Source: Octopus sinensis (taxonomy: Eukaryota). Taken from it: a DNA stretch of 64,000 nt. The notes beneath the pieces were generated by a model. The model was given only the letters and a program-made list of their open reading frames with translations. It was not told the origin of the DNA and ran no database searches. Shown piece by piece: positions 51,738-64,000 of the stretch (the stretch's first letter is position 1; the number at the start of each line of letters is the position of its first letter). Made by a program: the position numbers and the translations under genes. The stretch is from the NCBI RefSeq assembly GCF_006345805.1, contig NC_043007.1:72168001-72232000 (forward strand). The letters are read 5' to 3'.

Positions 51738-52121
51738 TATTATTATTATTATTAGTAGTAGTAGTAGTAGTAGTACTAGTAGTAGTAGTAGTAGTAGTAT
51801 CATTATCTTATCCTTTCAATTTTGTTTCCATTTCTTGCCGAGTGTCTTCCTGACACTTAGGGCACAGAAACTCACTGTATACATTTGTAGACTATTAGAA
51901 TTGCTCATTTACAAAGTCATGTGATAGAAAAAAAAGGGGGGATAACGAAAACAGGAAAGAAGAAAAAAAACGAAAAAACATGTAAAAAGTAAATTAAAAA
52001 AATAAAGGTGAAAAAGGAAAGAAAATTCAGTACGACAATGTTCTTTTCAATACGCATGACGTACCAGTTAAGACAATTTTTTGCACTTCCTACATGGATG
52101 GTAAGCCAGGGATCATCATCA

Positions 52122-52165
<44 letters not shown>

Positions 52166-52254
52166 GAATAATAATGGCTAAATGATAATAATATGTTTTC
52201 CGAATGTTAATAATCTTACAACAAAAGATGACATTAAAGTAATTCTTTTCCAGT

Positions 52255-52429
52255 TGGAGTGGCTGTGTGGTAAGTAGCTTGCTTACCAACTACATGGTTC
52301 TGGGTTCAGTTCCACTGCGTGGTACCTTGGTCAAGTGTCTTCTACTATAGCCTCGGGCTCCCAAAGACTTGTGAGTGGATTTGGTAGACGGAAATTGAAA
52401 GAAGTCCGTCGTATATATGTATATGTATA

Positions 52430-52477
<48 letters not shown>

Positions 52478-52685
52478 ACTGTGTCTGTGTTTGTCCCCCC
52501 AACATTGCTTGACAACCGATGCTGGTGTGTTTACGTCTCCGTAACGTAGCGGTTCGGAAAAAGAGACCGATAGAATAAGTACTAGGCTTACAAAGAATAA
52601 GTCCTGGGGTCGATTTGCTCAACTAAAGGCGGTGCTCCAGCATGGCTGCAGTCAAATGACTGAAACAAGTAAAAGAGTGAAAGAG
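52255..52685 (+). mobile_element. Family A SINE (full length)
   Basis: Head to tail homology with 25796-26217. Confidence 0.9.
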
Positions 52686-52986
52686 AGTTGTGTTAAACCC
52701 AGAATGGAGATCAAAATCTTAGTCACTGATTATATACACAAACATGTGACGGAAAGTTTCTTTGAAATACGTAACATGAATTTGATGTTCCTTCGCGAAC
52801 CCTTCATCGCGCTGATTTTTCTTTCCTTTATAAATATCAATCTCTCTGTTAATGCAAGCTATACATTCATACTCTGAATACATCACTGTTCAATTATCCC
52901 GATGCTTTCATTAACATTCTCTGTTTGCTGCAAACAGCAGTAGCTCATCGCAGTTTTAACTTTGAGAAACGGCCCCATCTCCATAG

Positions 52987-53046
52987 TCACTTCTGGTATT
53001 TGATGACGGATGCAATATTTATAACATTGATGACATTGACAAACAG
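52987..53046 (+). CDS. Candidate 60-nt phase 0-0 exon (SLLVFDDGCNIYNIDDIDKQ)
   Basis: CCCCATCTCCATAG| acceptor, AAACAG|GTACTA donor, open frame; phase-compatible with 58850-58930. Confidence 0.25.
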
Positions 53047-53901
53047 GTACTAAGGAATGTCTAAATGTGTGACATAAGTTGTTAATTTGGTTATAATTTT
53101 TTTCTAAGGCAACAGCGAGCAGGCAGAATTCTTAGCACATCAGGCAATAATATGCCTAGCGTCATCTTGTCCGTCTTCGCGTTCTGGGTTTAAATTTCGC
53201 CGGAGTCGACTTTAAAAAATTCATCACTTTGGAGTCGATAAAATAAGTACCAATTGAACACTGGAGTCGATGTAATCGACTTAGCTCCGCTCCCTAACTT
53301 GCTGGATTTGTGTCAAAATTTGAAACAAATATGATCATAATTTTGTTTTTAAAGCGGTGAGCTCGCAGAATCGCTGGCATGCCGGTCAAAAAATTAGCAA
53401 CATTTCATCTGTCTTCATGCTATGAGTCCAAATTCCGCCGAGGTCGACTTTGCCTTTCATCCTTTAGGGGGTCGATAAAATAAGTATATACTAAGAAATA
53501 TTGTTTAGTTATAGGATTCAGGACACCAGAAATGGATAGGTACTATAACATAGGGTTCACAATGAGGTAAAACAACCATGAAAGTACAAGTGTTGGAAGA
53601 ATACGGTAGATATGTAAGCATCAAATCCAATTAAAACCATAGATCTGACGCAGGGCTTGTTCTTGGTACGGCGTAGGTAGAAAAGAACATAAAATCAACC
53701 AAACAATCAAACAAACAAACAAACAGACGTGGTTAAAAATTTACGATGCAAGAATTTCAAAGTCGTTGTATCCTCTTCAGCCACAGAAGCCGGAAAGTCA
53801 GTGTCTGCCTTTCCTGTTTCTGCTGCTGAAGACGAGAAGACAACTCCGAAATACCTCTACTGTAAATTTTAAAGCCCCATTTTTTTCTTTTTTATATTAT
53901 G

Positions 53902-53971
<70 letters not shown>

Positions 53972-54471
53972 TGTGTATATACACACACACACACACATAT
54001 TAAGGAAATTGGATTTGCGTTGCAACTGTCTTGATCTGTGACGGTGTGTTGAAGCTAAAACGATTTGCTGCGTGAAAGATACAAGTTAGGCGCGCGGGTT
54101 ACTAACCCCAAGATTCCAAGTTTGATTCCAGGCAGTGAACCGCCAACAATAATAATAATAATAAAACACAGAAAAACTGTTAATTTCACTTGAACATTTA
54201 CTTTTTGTAATATGGTACCAAAACTTTCGTTGCAGTGCAACGACGTAGTCTGTGACCTCTCACAGTTCGAAATGGACGAAATCTGCATTAAAAAAAAAAA
54301 AAAAAAACAACAACAACAGCAACAAAAATACTAATCAAAAATCGAAAGCGGAAACAAAAGCAACGAATAAACTCATCGATTAAATGTGACATAATTCAGT
54401 TATGTATACGACTACCACAGTCATTTAAATATACCATGAACATATGAAAACTGCCTCTTAGTAAACAAAAG

Positions 54472-54907
54472 GGATCTTCTCGGTTTGAACGGCGGTTTTA
54501 TCTAGCGGTATCATATGAAATTGTCACTCATAATTATGACTCTAGAATCGATCTATTGCATTTGAATCTCTTTTAGGGTTAGGGTTAGTTAGGGTTAGGG
54601 TTAGGAGTGGAGGAAGGGTATCTTTTTTTCTTCATAAATGTAAATAAACCCAATCTGCTTCTTAAACGAGGGACATATTCATACGGCACAGAATGCTTTT
54701 TAACTCAATAGACGTCACTGATTGGTTGAAATTGCAGAAATTGAAGAAAAAAAAAACAACAACAATCTTACAAACTATAGAATTTTCTCAATAAAGCCAA
54801 GAGAAAAAAATGTTTTATAAACACATTCTACCAGTATACGAAGTTTAAATATTTTTTAGTTACCTAGAAATTATGTTAAAAAACTGCCGTTCAAACCGAA
54901 AAGATCC
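54472..54907. mobile_element. 436-bp MITE with ~27-bp TIRs and 8-bp TSD (Merlin-like), containing (TTAGGG)n
   Basis: Left GGATCTTCTCGGTTTGAACGGCGGTTTT, right RC GGATCTTTTCGGTTTGAACGGCAGTTTT; AACAAAAG at 54464-54471 and 54908-54915. Confidence 0.9.
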
Positions 54908-55379
54908 AACAAAAGCACAGTGCAATGCTATAAGGCTAAGCCATCATTAAACATGTGACTTTAACTACTGTATCAGCGCGCGTATGTGTGTGAATGTGTA
55001 TGTGTGTGTGTGTTTGTGTGTGTGTGTGTGCATGCGTGTACACGCGCGCGCGTATGTATAGACCTGACCTAAGTCGCAACCAAGACGGTAATACATCCTA
55101 ATTCTCAAGACACAAAAACAAAACATGTTGAAGATATTAAACGTTTTCCATTAAATAGAAGAAAAAAAAAACTGTCAATAATTATGCTTCTTGAAATAAC
55201 CATAGGAAACCAAAATATAAACCCTCTCTCTTTCTCTCTGCACCCCCCCCCACTTCTTTCTCTTACACATACACGCACACACGCTCACATACACACGCAC
55301 ATATGCATACACAAACCTAACTCGCATACACGATATCCATTTATCAATGACTTTCTGATCACATGACCTAGAAGACATG

Positions 55380-55414
<35 letters not shown>

Positions 55415-55545
55415 TATGTATGTGTGTGTGTGTGTGTGTGGTGCGTGTGTGTATAGACGTATGTATGAATATATGTATGTATAAAATATATTATACACAC
55501 GTACACACACATATAGAAGCATATTCTCCATATAACAACAGAAAC

Positions 55546-55606
<61 letters not shown>

Positions 55607-55868
55607 GGAAATACAGTGACATGGAAATGTATAAATGGGAAACAGACTAGTTCTTTTTAATCAAATAAGTCTAAAGGAAATGATACTGAGCACAGACACA
55701 CGCACGAACACGCACACTCATACGCACACAAGCTTACAGGCACGCATGCGTGCGTTTGTGTGCGAACTTGTGTGACTCTGTGATGTGAGTGTGTATAGAT
55801 AAGCTTATTGATTCCTGTGAAATATTTTGGAAATATCTTTGGTAGTTTTCAGTACAAAAGAATAAAAA

Positions 55869-56243
55869 CAGGCGTAGGAGTGAATGTGTGGTAAGTAGCT
55901 TGCTTACGAACCACATGGTTCCGGGTTCAGTCCCACTGCGTGGCACCTTGGGCAAGTGTCTTCTACTATAGCCTCGGGCCGACCAATGCCTTGTGAGTGG
56001 ATTTGGTATATTTGTGTATATATATCTATATGTATGTGTGTCTGTGTTTATTCCCCCAACATCGCTTGACAACCGATGCTGGTGTGTTTACGTCCCCGTA
56101 ACTTAGCAGTTCGGCAAAATAGACCGATAGAATAAGTACTAGGCTTACAAAGAATAAGTCATGGGGTCGATTTGCTCGACTAAAGGCGGTGCTCCAGCAT
56201 GGCCACAGTCACGTGACTGAAACAAGTAAAAGAGTAAGAGTAA
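55869..56243 (+). mobile_element. Family A SINE with short internal deletion
   Basis: Homology to family A. Confidence 0.88.
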
Positions 56244-56919
56244 AATATATTTGATACAAATTTGTTTAATTTATGACAACATCAAGTTTAAGGTCGCTCA
56301 TTAAAGCGAACGTGAATCATTTGCGAAATGTGTCTACATTTCCTCGTTAATGTATATATTTCGTTAATGTCAAGCAATGGTTATATAGTGCATGGTGTTA
56401 ACTATAATGTGATTTATCAACTCTCTCCGCCGACTGACACAAAATATCATATTTGTCTCTGTCAGTTGTTTGACTCTGGGCAAACAATAATACTGTGAAC
56501 CTATCTGCACAACTGGACTGATGAAAAACGACAATCAGTGCCATCACAACATCTGCATCTGCTTATCGGTCCGACGGAAATCATCAGAGACCCATATTTA
56601 ACAGCAGATTATTTCGACTTATTATTATTTACAAGAGATATCCGTTACGCGTGTTCGGTTTGATATATTGTGTTTGTAAATACATTGATATAAACTTGAG
56701 ATAAATTCGACTCTGTAGAAACACAAGAATGTCTACAGTAAGGAACATGCTTATACACGTTCTCTGTCGTAATGTGGTGGAAGGGTAGACATTTTAGTGT
56801 TTGGTGTTGTTGCTGAATGTTAGTGTTTATATGAAAGCAACGACATCGGTTCTTGAGAGATTGCAATGGTGAAGAGGATTCTTGTCGAAGTATCATTTTG
56901 ATGATGGTAGTACAGCTTC

Positions 56920-57400
56920 GAAGGCGGTGAGCTGGCAGAAACGTTAGCACACCGGGCGAAATGCGTAGCTGTATTTCGTCTGCCGTTACCTTCTGAGTTC
57001 AAATTCCGCCGATGTCGACTTTGCCTTTCATCCTTTCGGGGTCGATAAATTAAGTACTAGTTGAACACTCTTCCAATGTGACATTATTCGATTAAATAAG
57101 TACCAGTTACGCACTGGGTTTCGATATAATCGACTTAATCCGTTTGTCTGTCCTTGTTTTTGTCCTCTCTGTGTTTAAGCCCCTTGTGGGTAGTAAAGAA
57201 ATAGAAATAGGTATTTCGTCTGCCGTTATGTTCTGAGTTCAAATTCCGCCGATGTAGACTTTGCCTTTCATCCTTTCGGGGTCGATTAAATAAGTACCAG
57301 TTACGCACTGGGGTCGATATAATCAACTTAATCCGTTTGTCTGTCCTTGTTTTTTCCTCTCTGTATTTAAGCCCCTTGTGGGTAGTAAAGAAATAGGTAG
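56920..57400 (+). mobile_element. Family B SINE multimer
   Basis: Repeated units with junction AAATAGGTATTTCGTC at about 57205. Confidence 0.85.
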
Positions 57401-58181
57401 TGCAGCATCGACGTGCAACCCCGAGGAAAATCCTTACTGAACATAGACCTGTAATCAAAATTTGTTCAGTTTTATCCCGTTTTTAAAAATATATATATTT
57501 TTTTTTGGAGTCTCTCAGATTATACTTCCAATGTGTGCTCTCTTTCTATAATCAGTAATGTGTGAGTGAGAGCGATTTGGTTACTATTTCTAGCAAGTTA
57601 AACGACAACTTAGAAGCCACCTTCTTAGGTTTTTGCGCAGTGAAGATCATAATAGAAGTTTAGATTAGTCGTAACTGATTCTGTTGTTCATATACTAAAA
57701 CGGTAGTGACTGTAATGGTAGTAATAGTAGCAATGGTGGTGTTGGTGGTGGTGGTGAAAAAGCTTGAAAATGACAAGAGGCATGTCACGTAAAAATGATT
57801 AATAGTCAATAAATGAAGGGAACACCGTGTGATGTAAATGGAGGCACAGCGCTAGTTAGAACTTGATGTCACGTACAACTACAGGAAAATGGCCGAGCAT
57901 TAAAATTATTAAGAACAAAGTGTGGTTGCCTCCTCTATCTTTCCATCCTTATTTATGAATTTATGCGTTTGTTTATTTCGAATAAACAACGTCTACTTAC
58001 TGGAGATACGCACGTTTTGTATTGTTAAGGTTTACAACAGGATTATACAGAATTACTTTTTAACAGCCATTATAGAAAAATCGGTCTCAAAATATTTATG
58101 CTTCCAATAAACACACACTCAAACACACACTCACTCACATACATACACACACATGCACATGTAGATAGGTACGTACGTACG

Positions 58182-58258
<77 letters not shown>

Positions 58259-58849
58259 GGATTGATAGATAGATAGATGGATTGATAGATAGATTTAAGC
58301 ACATAGTCAAACAAAATGTAGAGTTCCAGCAATTATCCGCAATTGTTATTCGCCCACTTATCAGCTGATATCGGTTCATAGGTTTCCCATGTTAAATATA
58401 TTTTCATTTTTAATGGACTTATCACATGCTCTTGCTGAGCAAACATATGTCATTCTCAAGCAAAATACCATATTATATACATACGTGTTACGTATGTACA
58501 ACCTCAAACATTTATGAACGAATATAAATGTACACACACACACAAAACACATATCTAAAATCATATTTAATGTTTATAACATATCAACATATTTAAAATA
58601 TATTTAGACTTTCAGCAATTTCATAATATTAAGGTTATATAGCCCTAAATATATTTGGTAAGACACATGACAACTGTCCACAACCAGTTCAAGAAACGGC
58701 TCGCGCTCTCTTTTAATGGAACCATAACCAAGACATTTTTCGAACTGTTTGAGGAATAGTCGTATCGTTGTGAATGTGTGTAGGTTATAATACCAATTCT
58801 TTTCTTCTTTTACTATTACAGGCTTTTGAATGTGGCCAAGCTGTTTCAG

Positions 58850-58930
58850 GCTCTTGAATGTGGCCAAGCTGAGATATTGTCTCGGAAGGCATTTATCCAT
58901 TATGTGGAAACTGAGAATTCAATGCCAAAG
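58850..58930 (+). CDS. Candidate 81-nt phase 0-0 exon (ALECGQAEILSRKAFIHYVETENSMPK); alternative acceptor at 58822
   Basis: Long pyrimidine tract before 58821, CAG acceptors at 58819-58821 and 58847-58849, AAG|GTATTT donor, natural codon usage. Confidence 0.45.
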
Positions 58931-58948
58931 GTATTTTCAACCCATTTT

Positions 58949-59572
58949 AAGGCGGCGAGGTGGCACAAGGCGGCGAGGTGGCACAATGCGGCGAGGTGGC
59001 ACAAGGCGGCGAGCTGGCAGAATCGTTAGCACGCCGGGCGAAATGCTTAACGGTATTTTGTCTGCTGTTACGTTCTGAGTTCAAATTCCGCCGAGGCTGA
59101 CTTTGCCTTTCATCCTTTCGGGGTCGATTAAATAACTACCAGTTACGCACTGGGGTCGATATAATCGACTTAATCCGTTTGTCTGTCCTTGTTTGTCCTC
59201 TCTGTGTTTAGCCCCTTGTGGGTAGTAAAGAAATAGGCATTTCGTCTGCTGCTACGTTCTGAATTCAAGTTCCGCCGAGGTCGACTTTGCCTTTCATCCT
59301 TTCGGGGTCGATTAAATAAGTACCAGCTACGCACTAGGGTCGATATAATCGACTTAATCCGTTTGTCTGTCCTGGTTTGTCCTCTCTGTGTTTAGCCCCT
59401 TGTGGTTAGTAAAGAAATAGGTATTTCGTCTGTCGTTACGTTCTGAGTTCAAGTTCCGTTGACTTTGCCTTTCATCCTTTCGGGGTCAATAAATAAAGTA
59501 CCAGCTGCTTACTGGGGTCAATCTAACCTGCCCCAAAATTTCTGGCCTTGTGCCTAGAGTAGAAAAGAATAT
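58949..59572 (+). mobile_element. Family B SINE trimer with fourfold reiterated 18-bp 5' end
   Basis: Units start at 59053, 59237, 59421 (period 184); the last unit ends in the alternative tail. Confidence 0.92.
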
Positions 59573-59754
59573 TGTTCTCTACAATAAATATACTTCCTTG
59601 TAGCGAACTGTTTCTTTAATCATACTCTATGCTAGTGTTTCGCGACTACGGTCCATGTGAAACCTGGTGGTCCATATAAAATTCTGAGGGAAGGGAATCC
59701 ACGCAAGCAAAATAGTAAATTGGGGACCTGCAGTTGTATTTTAAGGATCAATCT

Positions 59755-60158
59755 TTTACTTGTTTCAGTCATTTGACTGTGGCCATGTTGGAGCACCGCC
59801 TTTAGTCGAGCAAATCGACCCCAGGACTTATTCTTTGTAAGCCTAGTACTTATTCTATCGGTCTATTTTGCCGAACCGCTAAGTTACGGGGACGTAAACA
59901 CACCAGCATCGGTTGTCAAGTGATGATGGGGGAGGACAAACACAGATACACAAACTTATACACACACATACATATATATATACACATATACATAGGACGG
60001 GTTTCTTTCAGTTTCCGTCTACCAAATCCGCTCACAGGGGTTTGGTCGGCCCGAGGCTATAGTAGAAGACACTTGCCCAAGGTGCCACGCAGTGGGACTG
60101 AACCCGGAACCATGTGGTTCGTAAGCGACTTACTTACCACACAGCCACTCCTACGCCT
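59755..60158 (-). mobile_element. Family A SINE (full length)
   Basis: Homology to family A. Confidence 0.9.
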
Positions 60159-61543
60159 TCATGAAAACAAATATTGCTTTAGATGTATTTATTACAAGAA
60201 ACGGTCATGTTTCTTTCTCGAACGTTTTACCTAGTACAACGTTTCCGGCCACTAAAATATGTTCTCTCAGTGACTGCTACTGCAAACCCACGAAAGTGAA
60301 TATGTGAAAAACAAAACAGGAATTTCGAAAGAAGTATCGAATAGCTATGGGGGTCCAACGGAATAAAATAGTAATCAAAAGAGTCGACAAGTAAAGAACG
60401 GCTGAAAACCACTGCTCTATTGCGATGCCCTCTAAATGTATAAATAAATCTATGTGGCATGGTTCCCATGCCAACATATATCCTAACTTTATATGATTAC
60501 AGTTCAATGAAGAGATCTTCATCACGCATTATTTATACATAACCCTGTGACAGTTAATGGGTCTAATAAGGTAATGAGTCAGTTAATGACTTTGAATCTA
60601 ATGAGGCACAAAATGGAAACTAATGAATTTTTTCCTCCATTAGTTGGGTTCCTTGCCGTCAAACTGATCCACTCTTGGATCTACGCTTTAGCTAAAAGTA
60701 TAAGCTGTCGCAGACTAAAATTGCATTCACATTCAGGATGTTTTATAGAAATACTTGCACTTCTTTTAATCGACCTCAGAAGAATGAAAGATAAAATCAA
60801 CTTTGGCGCGTTTAGAACTCAGAACATAAAGGCTTGTAATTAAATACCAAAATTAATTTCTCTGGTAGCTCTGAGAATGTAACGTCTATTGTGGTTGATT
60901 CCGTTGTTTTTGTTGTTATTGTTTCGCTCCCGATCAGCGGTCATCGAACAAAACTATGGTCAGAAGCCTTCAGGCTTTGCTTAAGGTATTATTGGAAAAT
61001 AACCATTTTTGAAAGACTTGAGGAAGATTAAGCAACTATTTCAACCAGATGAAGTAACAACGAAGCTCTTCATTAAATCATTAAATCCTTAATTTTTTTT
61101 TTTTTTTACAAGCACAAGTGACGATAGACTGTGTTAATTTAATAAGAAACCCATCAGAAATGTTATAAGAAAGTGCTCACACATAGCTCGGTTTTCTAGC
61201 CTGATATAAATGCTGGTTGAGATATATATTATCTCTCCCTAATCTCTTCAGAATGTAGAGCTCATGATTTGGATAAGCCGAAAGCAGAACAAGCAAATGT
61301 ATTTCAGTAAACAAGATAGAGCTGCTTTCACTGCAACAAAATAAATTATCGGGGGCAGAGTTGGTTTAAACCGATGTCAAATATGACTTGGCAGCTGGAG
61401 TGGATATATATTGCATAGAGAAATACACGCACCCATACATCCACACACGTATAAACACACACGCGCGCGCCACATATTTATATATACATATATACTTACA
61501 CTTATACGTACAGATATGCACATTTACAAATACACAAGCGTTT

Positions 61544-61677
<134 letters not shown>

Positions 61678-61690
61678 TATATACATACAT

Positions 61691-61720
<30 letters not shown>

Positions 61721-61721
<1 letters not shown>

Positions 61722-62069
61722 GAGGGGAGAAAGATAGGGTGCAAAAGGGTAGGGAATGAGAGCAATAGACGCACTGTCATTTTAATTCTGCTGCCATTTT
61801 CACTTTTTGTTTGATTGCCTCCCACTGAGCCATACAGAATATAAACATACACATTGGAAATTATTATGTATGTGTGTGTGCGTGAGTATGTATATATGTG
61901 AGTATATATATATATATATATAGGTGCACACACATATATATAAACATATATACACGTGCAACATATGTGTGTGTGTATATATATATATATATATAAAGTT
62001 AAAAATAATGGTCATAACGTATTTTTCCTTTGTCGGAGCAAATGTCTATATATACATATATGTTACACG

Positions 62070-62100
<31 letters not shown>

Positions 62101-62231
62101 TCTATTGACTTTATTGCCGACATTGGTTTTTAGGTGATGGTGGGGGGACAAACACAGACGCACAAATACGTAAATACATACACACCATACGTTTATTTAT
62201 ATATATATATATATATAATATATATATATAC

Positions 62232-62296
<65 letters not shown>

Positions 62297-62641
62297 CAAT
62301 AATATATATATATATAAATATATATATATATAACATATATATATACATACATAAATATACACACACACACACACAACCCAGAAGGAAAAGATAGGGTGCA
62401 AAAGGGTAGGAATGAGAGCAATAGACGCACTGTCATTTTAATCTGATGCCATTTTCACTTTTTGTTTGATTGCCACCACTGAGCCATACAGAATATAAAC
62501 ATACACATTGGAAATATTATGTATGTGTGTATTTATGTATGGGTGTGCGCAGTATGTATCTATGTGAGTATATATATATATATATAGGTGCACACACATA
62601 TATATAAACATATATACACGTTGCCAACATATGTGTGGTGT

Positions 62642-62672
<31 letters not shown>

Positions 62673-62763
62673 AATATATATATATAAAGTTAAAAATAAT
62701 GGTCATAACGTATTTTCCTTTGTCGGAGCAAATGTCTATATATACATATATGTTACACGTATA

Positions 62764-62794
<31 letters not shown>

Positions 62795-62890
62795 TATTTA
62801 TTGACTTTATTGCCGCCGAACATTGGTTTTTAGGTGATGGTGGGGGGACAAACACAGACGCACAAATACGTAAATAAATACACATACGTA
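61721..62890 (+). repeat. ~657-bp tandem duplication between (TA)/(CA) tracts
   Basis: AAGATAGGGT at 61731 and 62388; units collinear with many small indels. Confidence 0.9.
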
Positions 62891-62898
62891 CACATACG

Positions 62899-62980
<82 letters not shown>

Positions 62981-63130
62981 CGACGGGCTTCTTCAGTTTC
63001 TGTCTACGAAATCCACTCACAGACTTTGGTCGGTCTGCGGCAGTAGTAGAAGACACTTACCCAAGATGCCACGCAGCGGCACTGAAACCTGGAATTATGT
63101 GATTAGGAAGCAAGCTTCTTACCACACAGT
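62820..63130 (-). mobile_element. Family A SINE, 5' two-thirds
   Basis: Homology to family A head and body. Confidence 0.75.
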
Positions 63131-63314
63131 ACTCAGTTAATATCAACCGTCTTAAAACAGAATAAATACATTGCAGAGTGTACACAAAAGTCTTTAAAAA
63201 GAATTAATGGTCATGGCTGGAATGTCTGATCTATGTTGAAACAACAACAAATAATACAGCCTATCGGTTTGATATTTATAAGGTTAACATTAATTGATGG
63301 GAGAGATAGACAGA

Positions 63315-63548
63315 AAGGTGGTGAGCTGGCAGAATCGTTTGCACACCGGGCGAACTGCTTAGCGGTATTTCGTCTGCAGCTACGTTCTGAGTTCAAATTC
63401 CGCTGAGGTCGACTTTGCCTTTCATCCTTTCGGGGTCGATTAAATAAGTACCAGTTACGCACTGGGGTCGATATAATCGACTTAATCCGTTTGGCTATCG
63501 CTGTTTGTCCCCTCTGTGTGTAGCTCCTTGTGGGCAGTAAAGAAATAA
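63315..63548 (+). mobile_element. Family B SINE
   Basis: Head, B-box, Deu/Nin-like domain, tail. Confidence 0.88.
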
Positions 63549-64000
63549 GAAACGTCTTTATGGAGATTCACCCAGGATTGCAAAGAAAAATTGGAATACT
63601 TCACTGCAATCCTGGATTAATCCCCAGAAACTATACAGAGAGCCTCGTGCTTGACTCATCCTTTGATAAATCGACTCTAGAAGAATGAAAGGAAATGTTA
63701 ACTGCGACAAGATTTGAACTGACAACCTAGAAAGAGACGAATAACAACGTAACCCCAGTCATATTCGAACTGAAGATTATTCAATATAAATTCCGTTTCA
63801 ATGCCTACATATCTGTATCGAGATGTAAACGCAATTTATTACATTTGCATTTTATTTCATTATCAAAATATTCAAATAATAAAAAAAGATATTTGATGTC
63901 ATTATCGAGGATAGGAGCACACTAGTACACACACACGCACACACAACACACACACACACGTACACTCACTCGCACACACACACGCACGCACACTCACTCG

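Noticed and set aside
53043-53072. TGTKECLNV resembling ADAR TGTKCING
   Set aside because: Flanked by in-frame stops on both sides and overlaps a putative donor; chance
54573-54605. True telomere
   Set aside because: Only about five imperfect units, and internal to a TIR/TSD-bounded element
59053-59572. Family B multimers as retrozymes or perfect intron circles (unit can be read GT...AG)
   Set aside because: No hammerhead core on either strand; the monomer naturally ends in AGGTA, so GGTA microhomology explains the junction, and there is no pyrimidine tract next to the terminal AG

Overview
AT-rich animal genomic DNA, dominated by microsatellites ((TA)n, (CA)n, (AAT)n, (ATCT)n, (GAA)n) and mobile elements, with one 100-N scaffold gap (46368-46467). 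The repeat landscape suggests a cephalopod, probably an octopus; this is inference, not a database result. Contents: four or five tRNA-derived SINE families in dozens of copies; three CR1/L2-group LINE pieces; one L1/Tx1 RT relic; a mariner and a rosa/DD41D-like transposase relic; two MITEs; three microsatellite-bounded tandem duplications; and a dimeric ~219-bp satellite built from a transposon left end. No host gene can be named. A few splice-bounded open segments are listed as low-confidence exons, and one resembles the ADAR HAE motif with H->Q. The most interesting signal is a set of minimal Penelope-type hammerhead ribozyme motifs in short non-autonomous elements, including a tRNA-headed (SINE-like) element with a hammerhead-bearing tail, an inverted second tail and a candidate target-site duplication. 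Nearly all ORFs in the supplied track are microsatellite or SINE artefacts. SINE family labels A-D are my own working names and their boundaries are approximate.
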